Made by a program: the position numbers and the translations under genes. Positions 30,587-40,702 of a stretch of 64,000 nucleotides of DNA are shown here, in pieces. The notes below the pieces were generated by a model that made no database searches, was not told the DNA's origin, and saw only the letters and a program-made list of their open reading frames with translations. Numbering within the stretch: position 1 is the stretch's first letter; each line of letters starts with the position of its first letter. Source of the DNA: Candidatus Eiseniibacteriota bacterium (lineage in GTDB: Bacteria; Eisenbacteria; RBG-16-71-46; CAZAMP01); assembly GCA_965224245.1 (NCBI GenBank), contig OZ245046.1, positions 5,472,001-5,536,000 of the forward strand. Direction: 5' to 3'.

Positions 30587-31792
30587 TCAGTTGACCTGCG
30601 AGACGCGGAGACGATGCACCAACGGGAAGTCGTCGTCATCGTGCGCGACCGCGTAGAGCTGGCCGTCGCGACCGACCGCGAACCGATCGTAGGACGGCAG
30701 CGAGAATCGCCGGACGTACGTCCCGTCGGCGTTCCACTCGTCGGTGACGATCGTATCATCGTCGCCCTGGGACGTGATGACCCAAATCCGGCCGTCGGGC
30801 CACCCGAGGAGGCCGCGCACGTCGGCGGCGTACTCCGGCAGCATCCTCGCGAGATCCTTCATGTCGAACGTCTGCGTCTCGCCGTCGCCGATCTCCACGC
30901 TGGTCTCCTCACCGCCGACGCCCCCGGCACCGGCCGGCGAGCTCTCGACCGTCTTGGTCACGAACACCATCCGGTGGCCGCCGTCCTCGCCCTCGCCCTT
31001 CGGCTTGGGAAGCTCGAGCTTCTGGCGCTCGAACGCGCGAGCGACGCCCGGTCCGAGCTGCCCGGTGTGCGAGAGCGGCACGAGGCAGTACGCGTCCTCG
31101 CCGGCGATCTGGAAGCCGTCGGCCGCCAGCGTGACACGCGGGGCGACCTCCCGCGAGACCTTGAACACCATGCGATCCGTGACGGCCCCTTCCGGCGGAG
31201 CGACACCCGCCTGCCAGAGCGTCTCGCCCCGTGGGTCGAAGAGCTCGGCCACGGCGGGCCGCCCTTCCTCGTGGGTCAGCAGCAGCGAGCCGTCGTCGGT
31301 CAGCAGCATGCCGCCGACCATGCTGCTGAGGATCTGATCGCGCACGAGGCGGCCGTCGGCCCCGAAGATCGACACGCGCTGCTGGCCCATGTCGAAAACC
31401 GCGACCTCACCGGACGCGTTCACGCTGAGCCTGTTCGGGAGCTGGAATTCGCCCGGGCCCTGTCCCTCGGCGCCGATCGTGCGGAGGTGGCCGCCGTCGG
31501 GACCGAACACCTGCACGTGACCGTTGCCGTTGTCGAGGACGTAGATGTTGCCCTCCGCGTCGGCGTCGACGAGCACCGAGCCCAGCTTCTCGTAGAACTG
31601 CGCCGCATCCGGGGCGTCGCCGCCACCGATGGTGAGCGTCTCGTCGATGCTGTATCCCCCCTCGAACAGGGGAGCGTCGACGACGTCTCCGACCGTGAAC
31701 GGATCCACGACGGGGTTTCGGGCCTCTGCGCCGGCCACCGTCAAGGCGACGCCGGCCGCGATCGTGGTGAACGTACGCATGACTGGGGACAT
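30587..31792 (-). CDS. Secreted 6-bladed beta-propeller (NHL-like) protein
   Basis: Signal peptide; 'DAEGNIYVLD...IGAEGQGPGEFQLP'; AAAGGAG RBS before ATG 31792. Confidence 0.8.
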   Translation of the reverse strand: MSPVMRTFTTIAAGVALTVAGAEARNPVVDPFTVGDVVDAPLFEGGYSIDETLTIGGGDAPDAAQFYEKLGSVLVDADAEGNIYVLDNGNGHVQVFGPDGGHLRTIGAEGQGPGEFQLPNRLSVNASGEVAVFDMGQQRVSIFGADGRLVRDQILSSMVGGMLLTDDGSLLLTHEEGRPAVAELFDPRGETLWQAGVAPPEGAVTDRMVFKVSREVAPRVTLAADGFQIAGEDAYCLVPLSHTGQLGPGVARAFERQKLELPKPKGEGEDGGHRMVFVTKTVESSPAGAGGVGGEETSVEIGDGETQTFDMKDLARMLPEYAADVRGLLGWPDGRIWVITSQGDDDTIVTDEWNADGTYVRRFSLPSYDRFAVGRDGQLYAVAHDDDDFPLVHRLRVSQVN

Positions 31793-31815
31793 TAGATTCT
31801 CCTTTGCGAGCGGGA

Positions 31816-34800
31816 CTACGACGTCGTCGAACGCGACGGCGCCATCGGACGCCGTCGTCGTCGTTGCAACAACACGAACAGGGGCGGAAGACACACGAGC
31901 GTGACGATCGCCGAGGCGATCAGGCCGCCCGTACCCGCCATCGCGAGGGAGCGCCATCCCGCGGTCGCGTTGGGATCGACTCCCCACCCCAGTGGAACCA
32001 GTCCCGCGACGCTGGTCGCGGTCGTCATCAGGATCGGTCGGGCGCGCTCACTCACCGCCAGCGTGATGGCCGCGCGCGCGTCTGGCGCGCGGCGGGCCAG
32101 CCGCCCCGCCCGGTGAACCAGGAGGAGCGCGTTGTTGATCGCGATCCCCGCGAGCAGGATGAGTCCCACGTACGCCGTGCGATCGAACGACGCGCCGGTG
32201 ATCCAGAACACCGACACCACGCCGATGAAGCTGAGCGGCACCGACACGATCGCGACGAACGGCAGGAGCAGGCTCTCGAAGAGCGCCGCGCTGACCATGT
32301 AGACCAGGAGGATCGCCAGCGCGATCGCGAGGTGGATCTCGCGCTCCTCGCGCGACGACAGAAAGACGCCGAGCCCTTCCTCGAGCGTGTAGCCCGGCGG
32401 CAGGGTCGTGTTCTCCACCAGCGTTTGGACGAACTCGTTGCCGATCTTGCGGGGCCCCCGGTACTCGAAACCGACCGAGCGCGAATACTGCTGATTCCGC
32501 CGCCAGATCTCCGACGGCGTCGGGCGCTCCTCGATCTCCAGTACCTCGCCGAGCGGAAACGGCGCGAGGTGGTCGGTGTGGACGAGCGTGCGAACGAGCT
32601 CGGCCGGGGTGAGCGCATCCCGGCCGGCGTAGGCGACCCGTGCTTCCAGCTCCCCGTCGCGCGTACGCAGCGGCCGTCCCGCCAGGTCGCTGGCGATGGC
32701 CGGTCGCACGACGTCCATCAGCTCCGGCATCGAGACGCCCAGCTCGGCGATGCGGGACCGATCCGGAACGGCGGCCAGCTGCACCGCGCCCTCGACGAAG
32801 CTGCCGGTCAGGTTCGCATCCACGTTCTTGATGCGGGCGTTGCGCTCGAGCCGCTCTCCGAGATCCTCGGCCAGGCGGGAGAGCGTCAGATAGTCCGGTC
32901 CCTCCAGCCGGAGCTGATACGTGGGGGAGACGCTGGCGCCTCCGGCGCTGTAGCCGGGACCCCGCCCCTGGACCGACACCTTCACCCCGGAGACGCCGGC
33001 GGCCAGGAGCGTCATCTCGTCCCGCAGAATCTCGGGGATCGCGGTGCGGACGACTCCGGGGTGAAAGCGCATCGTGGTGGTCGCGCTCCGCTCCCGCACG
33101 TACGTCTCGACCTGCGTCACGTAGCCCTTCTCGACGTACTCGTGAGAGAGTGCCTTCTCCTCGAACGCGCGGATGAGCGCGTCGGCCTGCCGGATCTCGC
33201 CCCCCGGCGGAAACTCGATCGAGACCCGGAGCGACGTGTCGGTGTTCGGGGGAAAGATCGATCCGGTGGGGATCTTCTCCTGAAACACCCAGAGGCTGCC
33301 CACGAGCAGCGAGAGCGCTACCCCCACCGGGACGATCGGCCACCGGAGGAGGCCCCGGAGGACGGCGCGGGCGATCACGGACGTTCGGCGCGCCACCGAT
33401 CCCTCGACGTGCGCGAGCGCGCCGGTCGCGCGCAGGGGACGTTCATCCAGCCCCCAGCGTGAGAGGAGCGGGGTCAGCGTCAGCGCAACCCCCATCGACG
33501 CCAGGAGCGACAGGCAGACCGCCAGCACGAACGGGAGGTAGTAGTCCTTGAGGTCTCCCGAGAGGTAGAGGAACGGCATCAGCACGACGGCGGTCGTGAA
33601 CGTCGCGGCCATCAGCGGAAAGAGCACCTCGCGCGTGGCCGCGAGGGTGATCAGCCGATCGCGGAGGAGCCCGGCGAGCCCCCGCCGGGAATCGGCTCCG
33701 GCGCGGCGCCGCAGCGCGACGTTCTCGAGAATCACGATTGCGTTGTCGACCGCCATGCCGAACGCCAGCGCGAGGCCCGAGAGCGTGACGAGGTTCATGC
33801 CGAGCCCGGCCAGACGGAACAGGAGAAACGTCGCCAGGGCCGAGAAGACCACCGACGTCAGCACGACCAGCGGTGCTCGCACGCGCCGGTGGAACGCCAC
33901 CATCACCAGGAAGATCGCGCCGATCGAGAGCAGCGAGCGCTTCACGAGCACGTCGAGCTCGTCCCGGACGCGCTCGGACTGATCGTGGATCGTCTCGATC
34001 GTGACGCCTTCGGGGAGCGAGGAGCGCATGTCGTCCAGCGCCGAGAGCACGTTCTCGGCGACCGAGATCACGTTCGTGCCGGGCTCGCGTTCGAGCACGA
34101 CCTGCACCGAGGGGACGCCGTCGAGCCGCGAGAGCCGGGTCGGCTCCGCCCAGCCGTCACGCACGCGTGCGACGTCGGCGACCCGGATCGGCATCGCCGT
34201 GGTGACGAACGCGTCGGCGATCGCGGCCACGTCGGGCTCGGGGCGCTCGAGCACCGCCGGGAGACGCGCGCCTCCGGATCGGACCGCGCCGAGGGGCACC
34301 GTGCCCCCGACGCGTGCGAGCACCGCGTCCATCTCCGCCGGCGAGATGAGCCCGCGCTCCACGGCGTCGCGGTCCAGACCCACGTGGATCTCTCGCGGCG
34401 TGCCGCCGTACACGTCCGACCCCGCCACGCCGGGGACGGCCAGGAGTCTCGGCAGCACGCGCTCCTCGAGCAGCCGGCGGAGCGACTCGGCCGTGTAGGG
34501 CCCCCAGGCCTGGAAGACGAGGAAGTCCCCGCCCTCCATGCCGCGCGGCAGTGTCCGCTGGATCGCCGGCGGCGCCAGCTCGACCGGAAGCTCGTCCCGG
34601 ATCGCGGCGAGCCGTTCCCGGAGGAACACCTCGGCCAGGTCCAGATCCGTGCCCCGGGAGAACGCCACCTGCACCTGTGACCAGCCCGGCCCGCTGACCG
34701 ACGCGATCTCCTCGACGTCGCGAAGCTGCTCGGCCTCCGCCTCGGTGGGCGCGGTCACCAGCGCCTCCATCTCGGTCGACGAGGCGTTGGGCCAGACGAG

Positions 34801-34944
34801 CGAGACGGTGAGCCGCGGCAGGTCCAGATCCGGCGTCAGCCCGACGGGTAGGTCTCGCAGCGATGCGACGCCGACCAGGAGCAGCGCCACGTACCAGGCG
34901 CCGGTCGCGACGGGACGAGAGAGGGGACCGCCGAGCAGCTTCAT
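31816..34944 (-). CDS. RND efflux permease subunit (AcrB/AcrD/AcrF family)
   Basis: 'RPVAT', 'GMAVDNAIVILEN', 'ERARPILMTT'; 1042 aa. Confidence 0.92.
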   Translation of the reverse strand: MKLLGGPLSRPVATGAWYVALLLVGVASLRDLPVGLTPDLDLPRLTVSLVWPNASSTEMEALVTAPTEAEAEQLRDVEEIASVSGPGWSQVQVAFSRGTDLDLAEVFLRERLAAIRDELPVELAPPAIQRTLPRGMEGGDFLVFQAWGPYTAESLRRLLEERVLPRLLAVPGVAGSDVYGGTPREIHVGLDRDAVERGLISPAEMDAVLARVGGTVPLGAVRSGGARLPAVLERPEPDVAAIADAFVTTAMPIRVADVARVRDGWAEPTRLSRLDGVPSVQVVLEREPGTNVISVAENVLSALDDMRSSLPEGVTIETIHDQSERVRDELDVLVKRSLLSIGAIFLVMVAFHRRVRAPLVVLTSVVFSALATFLLFRLAGLGMNLVTLSGLALAFGMAVDNAIVILENVALRRRAGADSRRGLAGLLRDRLITLAATREVLFPLMAATFTTAVVLMPFLYLSGDLKDYYLPFVLAVCLSLLASMGVALTLTPLLSRWGLDERPLRATGALAHVEGSVARRTSVIARAVLRGLLRWPIVPVGVALSLLVGSLWVFQEKIPTGSIFPPNTDTSLRVSIEFPPGGEIRQADALIRAFEEKALSHEYVEKGYVTQVETYVRERSATTTMRFHPGVVRTAIPEILRDEMTLLAAGVSGVKVSVQGRGPGYSAGGASVSPTYQLRLEGPDYLTLSRLAEDLGERLERNARIKNVDANLTGSFVEGAVQLAAVPDRSRIAELGVSMPELMDVVRPAIASDLAGRPLRTRDGELEARVAYAGRDALTPAELVRTLVHTDHLAPFPLGEVLEIEERPTPSEIWRRNQQYSRSVGFEYRGPRKIGNEFVQTLVENTTLPPGYTLEEGLGVFLSSREEREIHLAIALAILLVYMVSAALFESLLLPFVAIVSVPLSFIGVVSVFWITGASFDRTAYVGLILLAGIAINNALLLVHRAGRLARRAPDARAAITLAVSERARPILMTTATSVAGLVPLGWGVDPNATAGWRSLAMAGTGGLIASAIVTLVCLPPLFVLLQRRRRRPMAPSRSTTS

Positions 34945-37900
34945 CTGGGCTCCCTTCCCGCAAAGCGTCGACCGGTGATCCCCTCGAACAGGACCGGCAC
35001 CACGATCAGCGTCAGCAGCGTCGCCGACGTGAGCCCGCCGATGACCGTGATCGCCAGCGGCGCCCGGAGCTCGGCGCCCCGGCCCACGAGCATCGGTGCC
35101 AGCGCCAGCGCGGTGGTCGCTGTGGTCATCAGGATGGGGCGGTAGCGCCGGCGGCTCGCGATGAGCACCGCCTCGCGCACGGACCGGCCCTCGCCGACGA
35201 GCCGCCGCATCAGGTCGACCTTCAGGATCGCATCGTTCACCACGATGCCGATCAGGATGACCAGCCCCATTCCCGAGATGACGTTCAGCGTGTTGCCGGT
35301 GATCGCGAGCGAGAGACTCACGCCGACCGCGGCCAGCGGCACCGCAGCGAAGATCACCAGCGGCAGCCGCACCGACTCGAACTGGGCGGCGAGGATCAAC
35401 AGCACCAGACCGGCGGACAGCAGAAACGCCCGCGTGATGCCGCCGAGGGTCTCGCGCATGTCAGTATGTGCCCCGCCGAACTCGGCCACGTAGCCGGGCG
35501 GCAGCGCGGCCTCGTCGATGCCCGCCTCCAGCGCATGCACGACCGTGCTCACGTCGCGAAGCGGACCGTCCCAGCGAATGGTGGCGACGCGTGCCTGGTC
35601 CTCACGAATCAGACGCGCCGGCGCCAGCTCGGTGGCCACGTCGAACAGATCGCGCATCGCGTAGGCGCGACCGCCGGTGACGATCGTCTGCTGCTCGAAC
35701 GCGGTGCCGTCGGCCTGGCGCACGACGACGGGGTTCTCCTCGTCGAACCGGCGGATCCGTGTGGCCTCGACCCCGGACGCGGCGGCCTGGATGGCCGCGA
35801 AGGCCTCGCTCTCGGAGATCGCGCGGCGACGGGCGACGTCCTGGTCGAGGCGAAGCCGAAACCGCGGCTCGGACTCGGCGGCGGCCAGTCGCAGCGGGTG
35901 TCCGCGGTCGTGCATCCGGCTCTCCGCGTGCCCGGCGATCGTGGCGGCCAGCGACTCCGCGGTCGCGTGATCGGGTCCGGAGACCCGGCACGTCAGCGTG
36001 GCGTCGCCGGCCGGCACGAGGGCGGCCAGCTCGGGCCGGTCGTTGGCGACGTCGAGCTGCCATCCCGGCGTGCCCGCGAACCGGACGAGCATCGCCTCCA
36101 CGAGAGCGTCGCGTCCGGAGACGGCATCGCCGCGAAGCCGCGCGCGCAGCGTGCCGCGATTGGCCTGGCGATCGCGCTCCGAGGGATCGAACGTGTCGGC
36201 CGCCCCGACCGACGTGAAGACGCGCTCGACGGCGGGCTGGTCGGACAGCCACTCCTCCACCTGGGCCACGGCGGCGTCGGTGGCCGCGACGTCGGTGCCG
36301 GACGGAAGTCGGAGGCGTACCTCGAGGTTCTCGGTCGCGACCGCGGGGAAGGTCTCGCGCGGCAGCGACGCGACGACGAGGACGCTGTAGGCCAGAATCG
36401 CCGCCGTGACCGCCAGCGTGCGCCGTGGACGATCCAGGGCGTATGCCAGCACGCGGTGGTACCGGTCGTAGAGCGGCAGTCGGGCCGCGCGTGAGGTCCC
36501 CGCCGAGAAGCGTCCGGCCAGCATGGGCAGGAGCGTCAGCGCGACCACGAGGCTCACTCCGAGAGAGACCCCCACCGCGATCGCCTGGTCCCTGAACAGC
36601 TCCCCGACCGCGCCGGGCACGAAGGCGAGGGGCGCGAACACGGCGCACGTGGTCAGCGTCGACGCGAGGATGGGGAGCGCCACCTCGCGCGCGCCGTCGC
36701 CGGCGGCGCGGAGCGAGGGCACTCCCGATGCGCGAAGCCGGTGGATGTTCTCCAGACAGATGATTGCGTTGTCCACGAGCATGCCCACACCCAGCGCGAT
36801 TCCGCCCAGCGACATCAGGTTCAGCGACACGCCGAGCACGTCGAGCACAGAGAACGTGGTGACCACGGAGATCGGCAGCGCGAGGATCAGGAACAGCGGC
36901 GATCGGCCGTCGCGCAGAAACGCCAGCAGCACGAGGTAGGCGAGGAGGCTGCCCATCCAGACCGCCTGCCAGACCCCGGCCAGCGACTGCCGGACGAATG
37001 GAGATGCATCGGCCACCACGGCCACGTCGAAGTCGGGGAACTCGGTGGCCACCTCGGCGAGCCGCTCGTGCACGGCGTCGGCCATGCGCACGAGGTTGGC
37101 ACCGGCCTCTCGCGTCAGGAGGATGCCCACGGCGGGGCGTCCATCCAGACGGCTCCAGCCGCGGGGATCCTCGAAGTCGTCCACGACGCGGGCAACGTCG
37201 GCTACCCGGACGATGCGGTCGCCCTTGCGAGCGACCACGACGTCGGCCACGTCGACGGCGTTGCGGAGGCTCGACTCCACGTCCACCGCGAACCGGATCT
37301 CGCGCCGGCGAAGGTAGCCGCCCGGCGTGTCCACGTTCGCCTCGCCGATCGCGGTCACGAGATCGCGCACGCTGAGATCCAGCGTCTCGAGCCGATCGGG
37401 ATCGGGGATCACGCGGATCTCGCGCTCCGGGGCGCCGACGACGGCCGCCCGGGCGACGCCGTCGATCTGCTCCAGGCGCGGGCGCAGCACGTCCTCCGCC
37501 CACTCGGCCGCGTGTGGGAGGTCCTCGGCGGCCAGCGCCAGCACGATTGCGGGTCGGTCCAGATCCGACGCCCCGAGAATCACCGGTCGCTCGACGCCCT
37601 CGGGCAGGTCCCACCGGACCGTGTCGAGCCGCTCGCGCATGCCGAGCGTGACCAGGTCCGCGTCTGCACCCGGGTACAGGCGGCAGGTGATCGACGCCCC
37701 GCCGGGCACGATCTCGGTGTGCGTGCCGCGGACGCCGCGCACCGTGACGAGCACCTCCTCGATCGGTCGCGCAACGCTCTCCTCGATCTCGTCCACACCC
37801 GCGTCGGCGTAGGGGATCCAGACCGTCAGCGCGGCGGGCCGCACCTCGGGCAGGAGCGTCATCTCGAGGCGGGGGAGGGAGACCGCCCCGAGGAGAACCG

Positions 37901-37961
37901 CGGCCAGGAGGAGCATCGTCGTCGCGATCGGTCGCCTCACGGCGAGCTGCGAGAGGTGCAT
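34941..37961 (-). CDS. RND efflux permease subunit (AcrB/AcrD/AcrF family)
   Basis: 'MHLSQLAVRRPIAT', 'GMLVDNAIICLENI', 'RYRPILMTT'; start taken at ATG 37961, just after the MFP stop. Confidence 0.92.
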   Translation of the reverse strand: MHLSQLAVRRPIATTMLLLAAVLLGAVSLPRLEMTLLPEVRPAALTVWIPYADAGVDEIEESVARPIEEVLVTVRGVRGTHTEIVPGGASITCRLYPGADADLVTLGMRERLDTVRWDLPEGVERPVILGASDLDRPAIVLALAAEDLPHAAEWAEDVLRPRLEQIDGVARAAVVGAPEREIRVIPDPDRLETLDLSVRDLVTAIGEANVDTPGGYLRRREIRFAVDVESSLRNAVDVADVVVARKGDRIVRVADVARVVDDFEDPRGWSRLDGRPAVGILLTREAGANLVRMADAVHERLAEVATEFPDFDVAVVADASPFVRQSLAGVWQAVWMGSLLAYLVLLAFLRDGRSPLFLILALPISVVTTFSVLDVLGVSLNLMSLGGIALGVGMLVDNAIICLENIHRLRASGVPSLRAAGDGAREVALPILASTLTTCAVFAPLAFVPGAVGELFRDQAIAVGVSLGVSLVVALTLLPMLAGRFSAGTSRAARLPLYDRYHRVLAYALDRPRRTLAVTAAILAYSVLVVASLPRETFPAVATENLEVRLRLPSGTDVAATDAAVAQVEEWLSDQPAVERVFTSVGAADTFDPSERDRQANRGTLRARLRGDAVSGRDALVEAMLVRFAGTPGWQLDVANDRPELAALVPAGDATLTCRVSGPDHATAESLAATIAGHAESRMHDRGHPLRLAAAESEPRFRLRLDQDVARRRAISESEAFAAIQAAASGVEATRIRRFDEENPVVVRQADGTAFEQQTIVTGGRAYAMRDLFDVATELAPARLIREDQARVATIRWDGPLRDVSTVVHALEAGIDEAALPPGYVAEFGGAHTDMRETLGGITRAFLLSAGLVLLILAAQFESVRLPLVIFAAVPLAAVGVSLSLAITGNTLNVISGMGLVILIGIVVNDAILKVDLMRRLVGEGRSVREAVLIASRRRYRPILMTTATTALALAPMLVGRGAELRAPLAITVIGGLTSATLLTLIVVPVLFEGITGRRFAGREPR

Positions 37962-37966
37962 GACGA

Positions 37967-39169
37967 CTACTTCGCCGCGTCGACGAGCGTCACCTTCACG
38001 GGCGCGCCGTGCGCGATCGTGAAGTGACCGTCGACGAGAACGGTGTCCCCGGGGGCGAGCCCCTCGGTCACCTCGACCTCGTGCTCGTTCTCGAGACCCG
38101 TCGACACGTACTGCCACTCGGCGCGCCCCTTCGACGCCCGGAACACGAGCAGCTTCCGGTCTCGCTCGAGGATCGCGCGGCGTGGCACGGCCAGGCGGTC
38201 CTCGTGTCGCGCGGCCTCGATCTCGACCTCGGCGTACATGCCCGGGCGGATCCTGCCGTCGACGTTCGGCAGCTCGATGTACGCGACGCCGGTGCCGGAC
38301 TCTGGATCGCACTCGGGGCTCAGCGCGGTGACCGTGGCCGTGAACGTGTCGTCCGGAAACGCCGCGAACCGGACGCGTGCGGGGGCGCCCGGCACGAGGT
38401 GTCCGAAGTCGCTCTCCAGCACCTCGGCGGGAATCCGGATCGTGGCGAGATCCACGATGGTCACGACCGGCTCGTTGGGGGAGACGTTCTGTCCCACGAC
38501 GGCGTCCACCGAGGCGACGACACCGTCGAAGGGGGCGCGAAGCCGCGTCGAGGCCAGATCCAGCTCCGCGCGTTCGAGCTGAAGCTGCGCTTCGGTCAGA
38601 CCGGCGCGGTTCGCCGCGGCGTTCGCGCGGGTCAGCGCACCCTCGGAGTCGACCGCGGCGGTGTCCCCCAGGACGCGCATCTGATAGTCGACCTCGGCGT
38701 TCGCCTTGCGTGCGGCAGCCTCGCGTTGCGCCAGCTCGTACGGGCGGGCGTCCAGCGCCAGGAGTTCGTCTCCGCGCCGGACCCGGTCGCCCTCGGTGAC
38801 GCTCACGCTCGCGACGCGCTCGCCCACCCGGGCGGAGAGCTCGACGCGGCGTGGCGCCTCCGCGCGACCGCTCGCACGCACCGACAGGACGAACGGGCCG
38901 AGTGAGACCTCGAAGCCCGCGACGGGAAGAGGACGGGATCGACCGGACGAAGTCTCGCGTGATCCATCCGTCGCACGGTCGGGCGAGTCGGATCCGCCGG
39001 CGGGTTCAGCGCCGGCGTTGCCTTCGTCGGTCCGCGCCGACTCCGCGGCGACCGTCCGCTCCGACAGGAACGAGGCGATCGCGTGCCGCGAAGCCGGATG
39101 TCCGGCGAGACCGGCCCCCAGGGCGAGACCCAGTCCGATGCCGATCCCAAGGCGTGTCTTTGGCGTCAT
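37967..39169 (-). CDS. RND periplasmic adaptor (membrane fusion protein)
   Basis: 'VTEGDRVRRGDELLAL', 'LRAPFDGVV', 'RPGMYAEV', 'GLAPGDTVLVDG'. Confidence 0.92.
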   Translation of the reverse strand: MTPKTRLGIGIGLGLALGAGLAGHPASRHAIASFLSERTVAAESARTDEGNAGAEPAGGSDSPDRATDGSRETSSGRSRPLPVAGFEVSLGPFVLSVRASGRAEAPRRVELSARVGERVASVSVTEGDRVRRGDELLALDARPYELAQREAAARKANAEVDYQMRVLGDTAAVDSEGALTRANAAANRAGLTEAQLQLERAELDLASTRLRAPFDGVVASVDAVVGQNVSPNEPVVTIVDLATIRIPAEVLESDFGHLVPGAPARVRFAAFPDDTFTATVTALSPECDPESGTGVAYIELPNVDGRIRPGMYAEVEIEAARHEDRLAVPRRAILERDRKLLVFRASKGRAEWQYVSTGLENEHEVEVTEGLAPGDTVLVDGHFTIAHGAPVKVTLVDAAK

Positions 39170-39212
39170 GTTGAAGGCCTCTCGGGTTGACGTCGTTCGA
39201 CACGCGTTGATA

Positions 39213-39228
39213 AGCCAGTGTCGTGCCA
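39213..39228 (-). promoter_or_regulatory. Sigma54 (-24/-12) promoter of the RND operon
   Basis: Minus strand TGGCACG-ACAC-TGGCT versus consensus TGGCACG-N4-TTGCW; GG-N10-GC spacing is exact; about 44 bp upstream of the MFP ATG. Confidence 0.7.
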
Positions 39229-39308
39229 TCGAGGTGATTACGGCCGTAAACCTCTATCATGAAATAGAATACAGCCATCGATCGGTGCGCCGCGGTGGCG
39301 GAGTCGTG

Positions 39309-39342
39309 CTCCCCGATTGGGGAGCCGCGTCCCATTTCGGTC
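39309..39342. promoter_or_regulatory. Candidate enhancer (UAS) for the NtrC-family activator
   Basis: Palindrome CTCCCC-GATT-GGGGAG plus related GTCCCATTTCGGTC, about 80-115 bp upstream of the sigma54 site, with an AT-rich spacer between. Confidence 0.4.
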
Positions 39343-39596
39343 CTCGGTGTCGACGGCGTGTGCGTCGCGAACGGCCCGGTGCTCACCGCGAGAAGAGCGC
39401 AACGCCCGGCGTCTCCGTGCACCCAGCCGGTGTCCGGGGCGAGCACGAGCTCTGCGAGGCCCTCGCATCGATCGGGACGTGCGGGGACATTCATCCCAAC
39501 GCCCCGCTCCTCGACCGCGGATGGACGACGAGTGATAGACTTACCCGTGATGTCCCGGACGCCCAACGAGCGCGCCCGGGCTCGCGGGAGGGCGAC

Positions 39597-40640
39597 ATGC
39601 GCACGACGACACGCTCCCGGTCCGCCGTCTCCCCCTGGTGGACGGCGCTGCTCTTGCTGCCAGTCCACGATCTCTGTCACGCCCAGACGCTCCCGTATGC
39701 CCTGTCGGCGACGGTGGAGCCGTACGCGTCGCAGGACGGGTGTGAGCCACGGTACGGATGCGACGGGGAGACCGCGGGCGAAGAGCCCGGCACGTACCTG
39801 TTCGGCGTGAACCTGAACCCCTACGACATGTGGTTCCCGGTGGATGCGGTGCGGCTGACACCGACGTGGCCGAGCGAGTGGACCGTCCTCGACGCGTGGA
39901 GCTGTGGCGGGACCATCGTGTCGGGTGATCCCTCGCTCCCGTCCAGTGCTCTGGAGATCGCACTCGACGCGTGCATACCGCCCACCGACGTGACCGAGCG
40001 GCCGCCGATCCTCCAGCTCCTGATCGACTGCACGGTCCCGGGACGCTTCTCGTTCGATCTGTCTCCGGAGCCCATGCTCCGCACCTGTGAGCTGGAGGGG
40101 TGGATGGAGTATCCACCGGGCATCTGGACCGACGAGTTCTGGTTCACCGATCGGATCGAGATCGGGGACTTCTGCGGGCGACTGGTGTTTCGGCCGTGCG
40201 ACTACTGTGACTCGGGGCACCACCTCGCCGGGTCGTTCCGCACCGATCCGATCGACCGCGTGCTGATGCGCGGCGCAACCCTGACCGACACCGTCCGGGT
40301 GCACGATCGGTTCTGCGGTGGACCCCCCGCCGAGTGCGGCGGCATCCAGTACAGCGATCCGTGCGTACGTTCCCTCCGGGCCGACGAGCCGTGGATCGCC
40401 ATCGAGTCGCTCGACACCGACGAGAGCACGGAGAAGCGCTTCGCGGTCACGCTGACGACCGCGGAGCTGGACGTCGGGTCGTACGAGACCCGCCTGCACC
40501 TGCTGGACACCGGCTGCTGGGACTGCGTGTCCACCTGTCAGGAGCTCCGGCTCGAGGTCACTCCGCCGGTCCCCGTCGAGCCGGGCTCGTGGAGTCGGAT
40601 CAAGTCGACGTATTCCCCTCGTCCGGAGAGCGCACGATGA
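39597..40640 (+). CDS. Secreted Cys-rich hypothetical protein with C-terminal 'PVEPGSWSRIKSTY' tag
   Basis: GGGAGG RBS and ATG 39597; signal-like 'WWTALLLLPV'; many Cys; BACON/Ig-like last domain. Confidence 0.7.
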   Translation: MRTTTRSRSAVSPWWTALLLLPVHDLCHAQTLPYALSATVEPYASQDGCEPRYGCDGETAGEEPGTYLFGVNLNPYDMWFPVDAVRLTPTWPSEWTVLDAWSCGGTIVSGDPSLPSSALEIALDACIPPTDVTERPPILQLLIDCTVPGRFSFDLSPEPMLRTCELEGWMEYPPGIWTDEFWFTDRIEIGDFCGRLVFRPCDYCDSGHHLAGSFRTDPIDRVLMRGATLTDTVRVHDRFCGGPPAECGGIQYSDPCVRSLRADEPWIAIESLDTDESTEKRFAVTLTTAELDVGSYETRLHLLDTGCWDCVSTCQELRLEVTPPVPVEPGSWSRIKSTYSPRPESAR

Positions 40641-40702
40641 TGGTTGCCGGACGCTGATCGCCGTACGGCCGAGGTGGCCCTCATCGACTCGGAAGGCTCG
40701 GG

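Noticed and set aside
37962-38312. N-terminal extensions in the ORF track (also at 5030, 38706, 43173, 51804, 55728)
   Set aside because: They overlap other real genes or promoters; downstream starts have a clear RBS and/or family-typical N-termini
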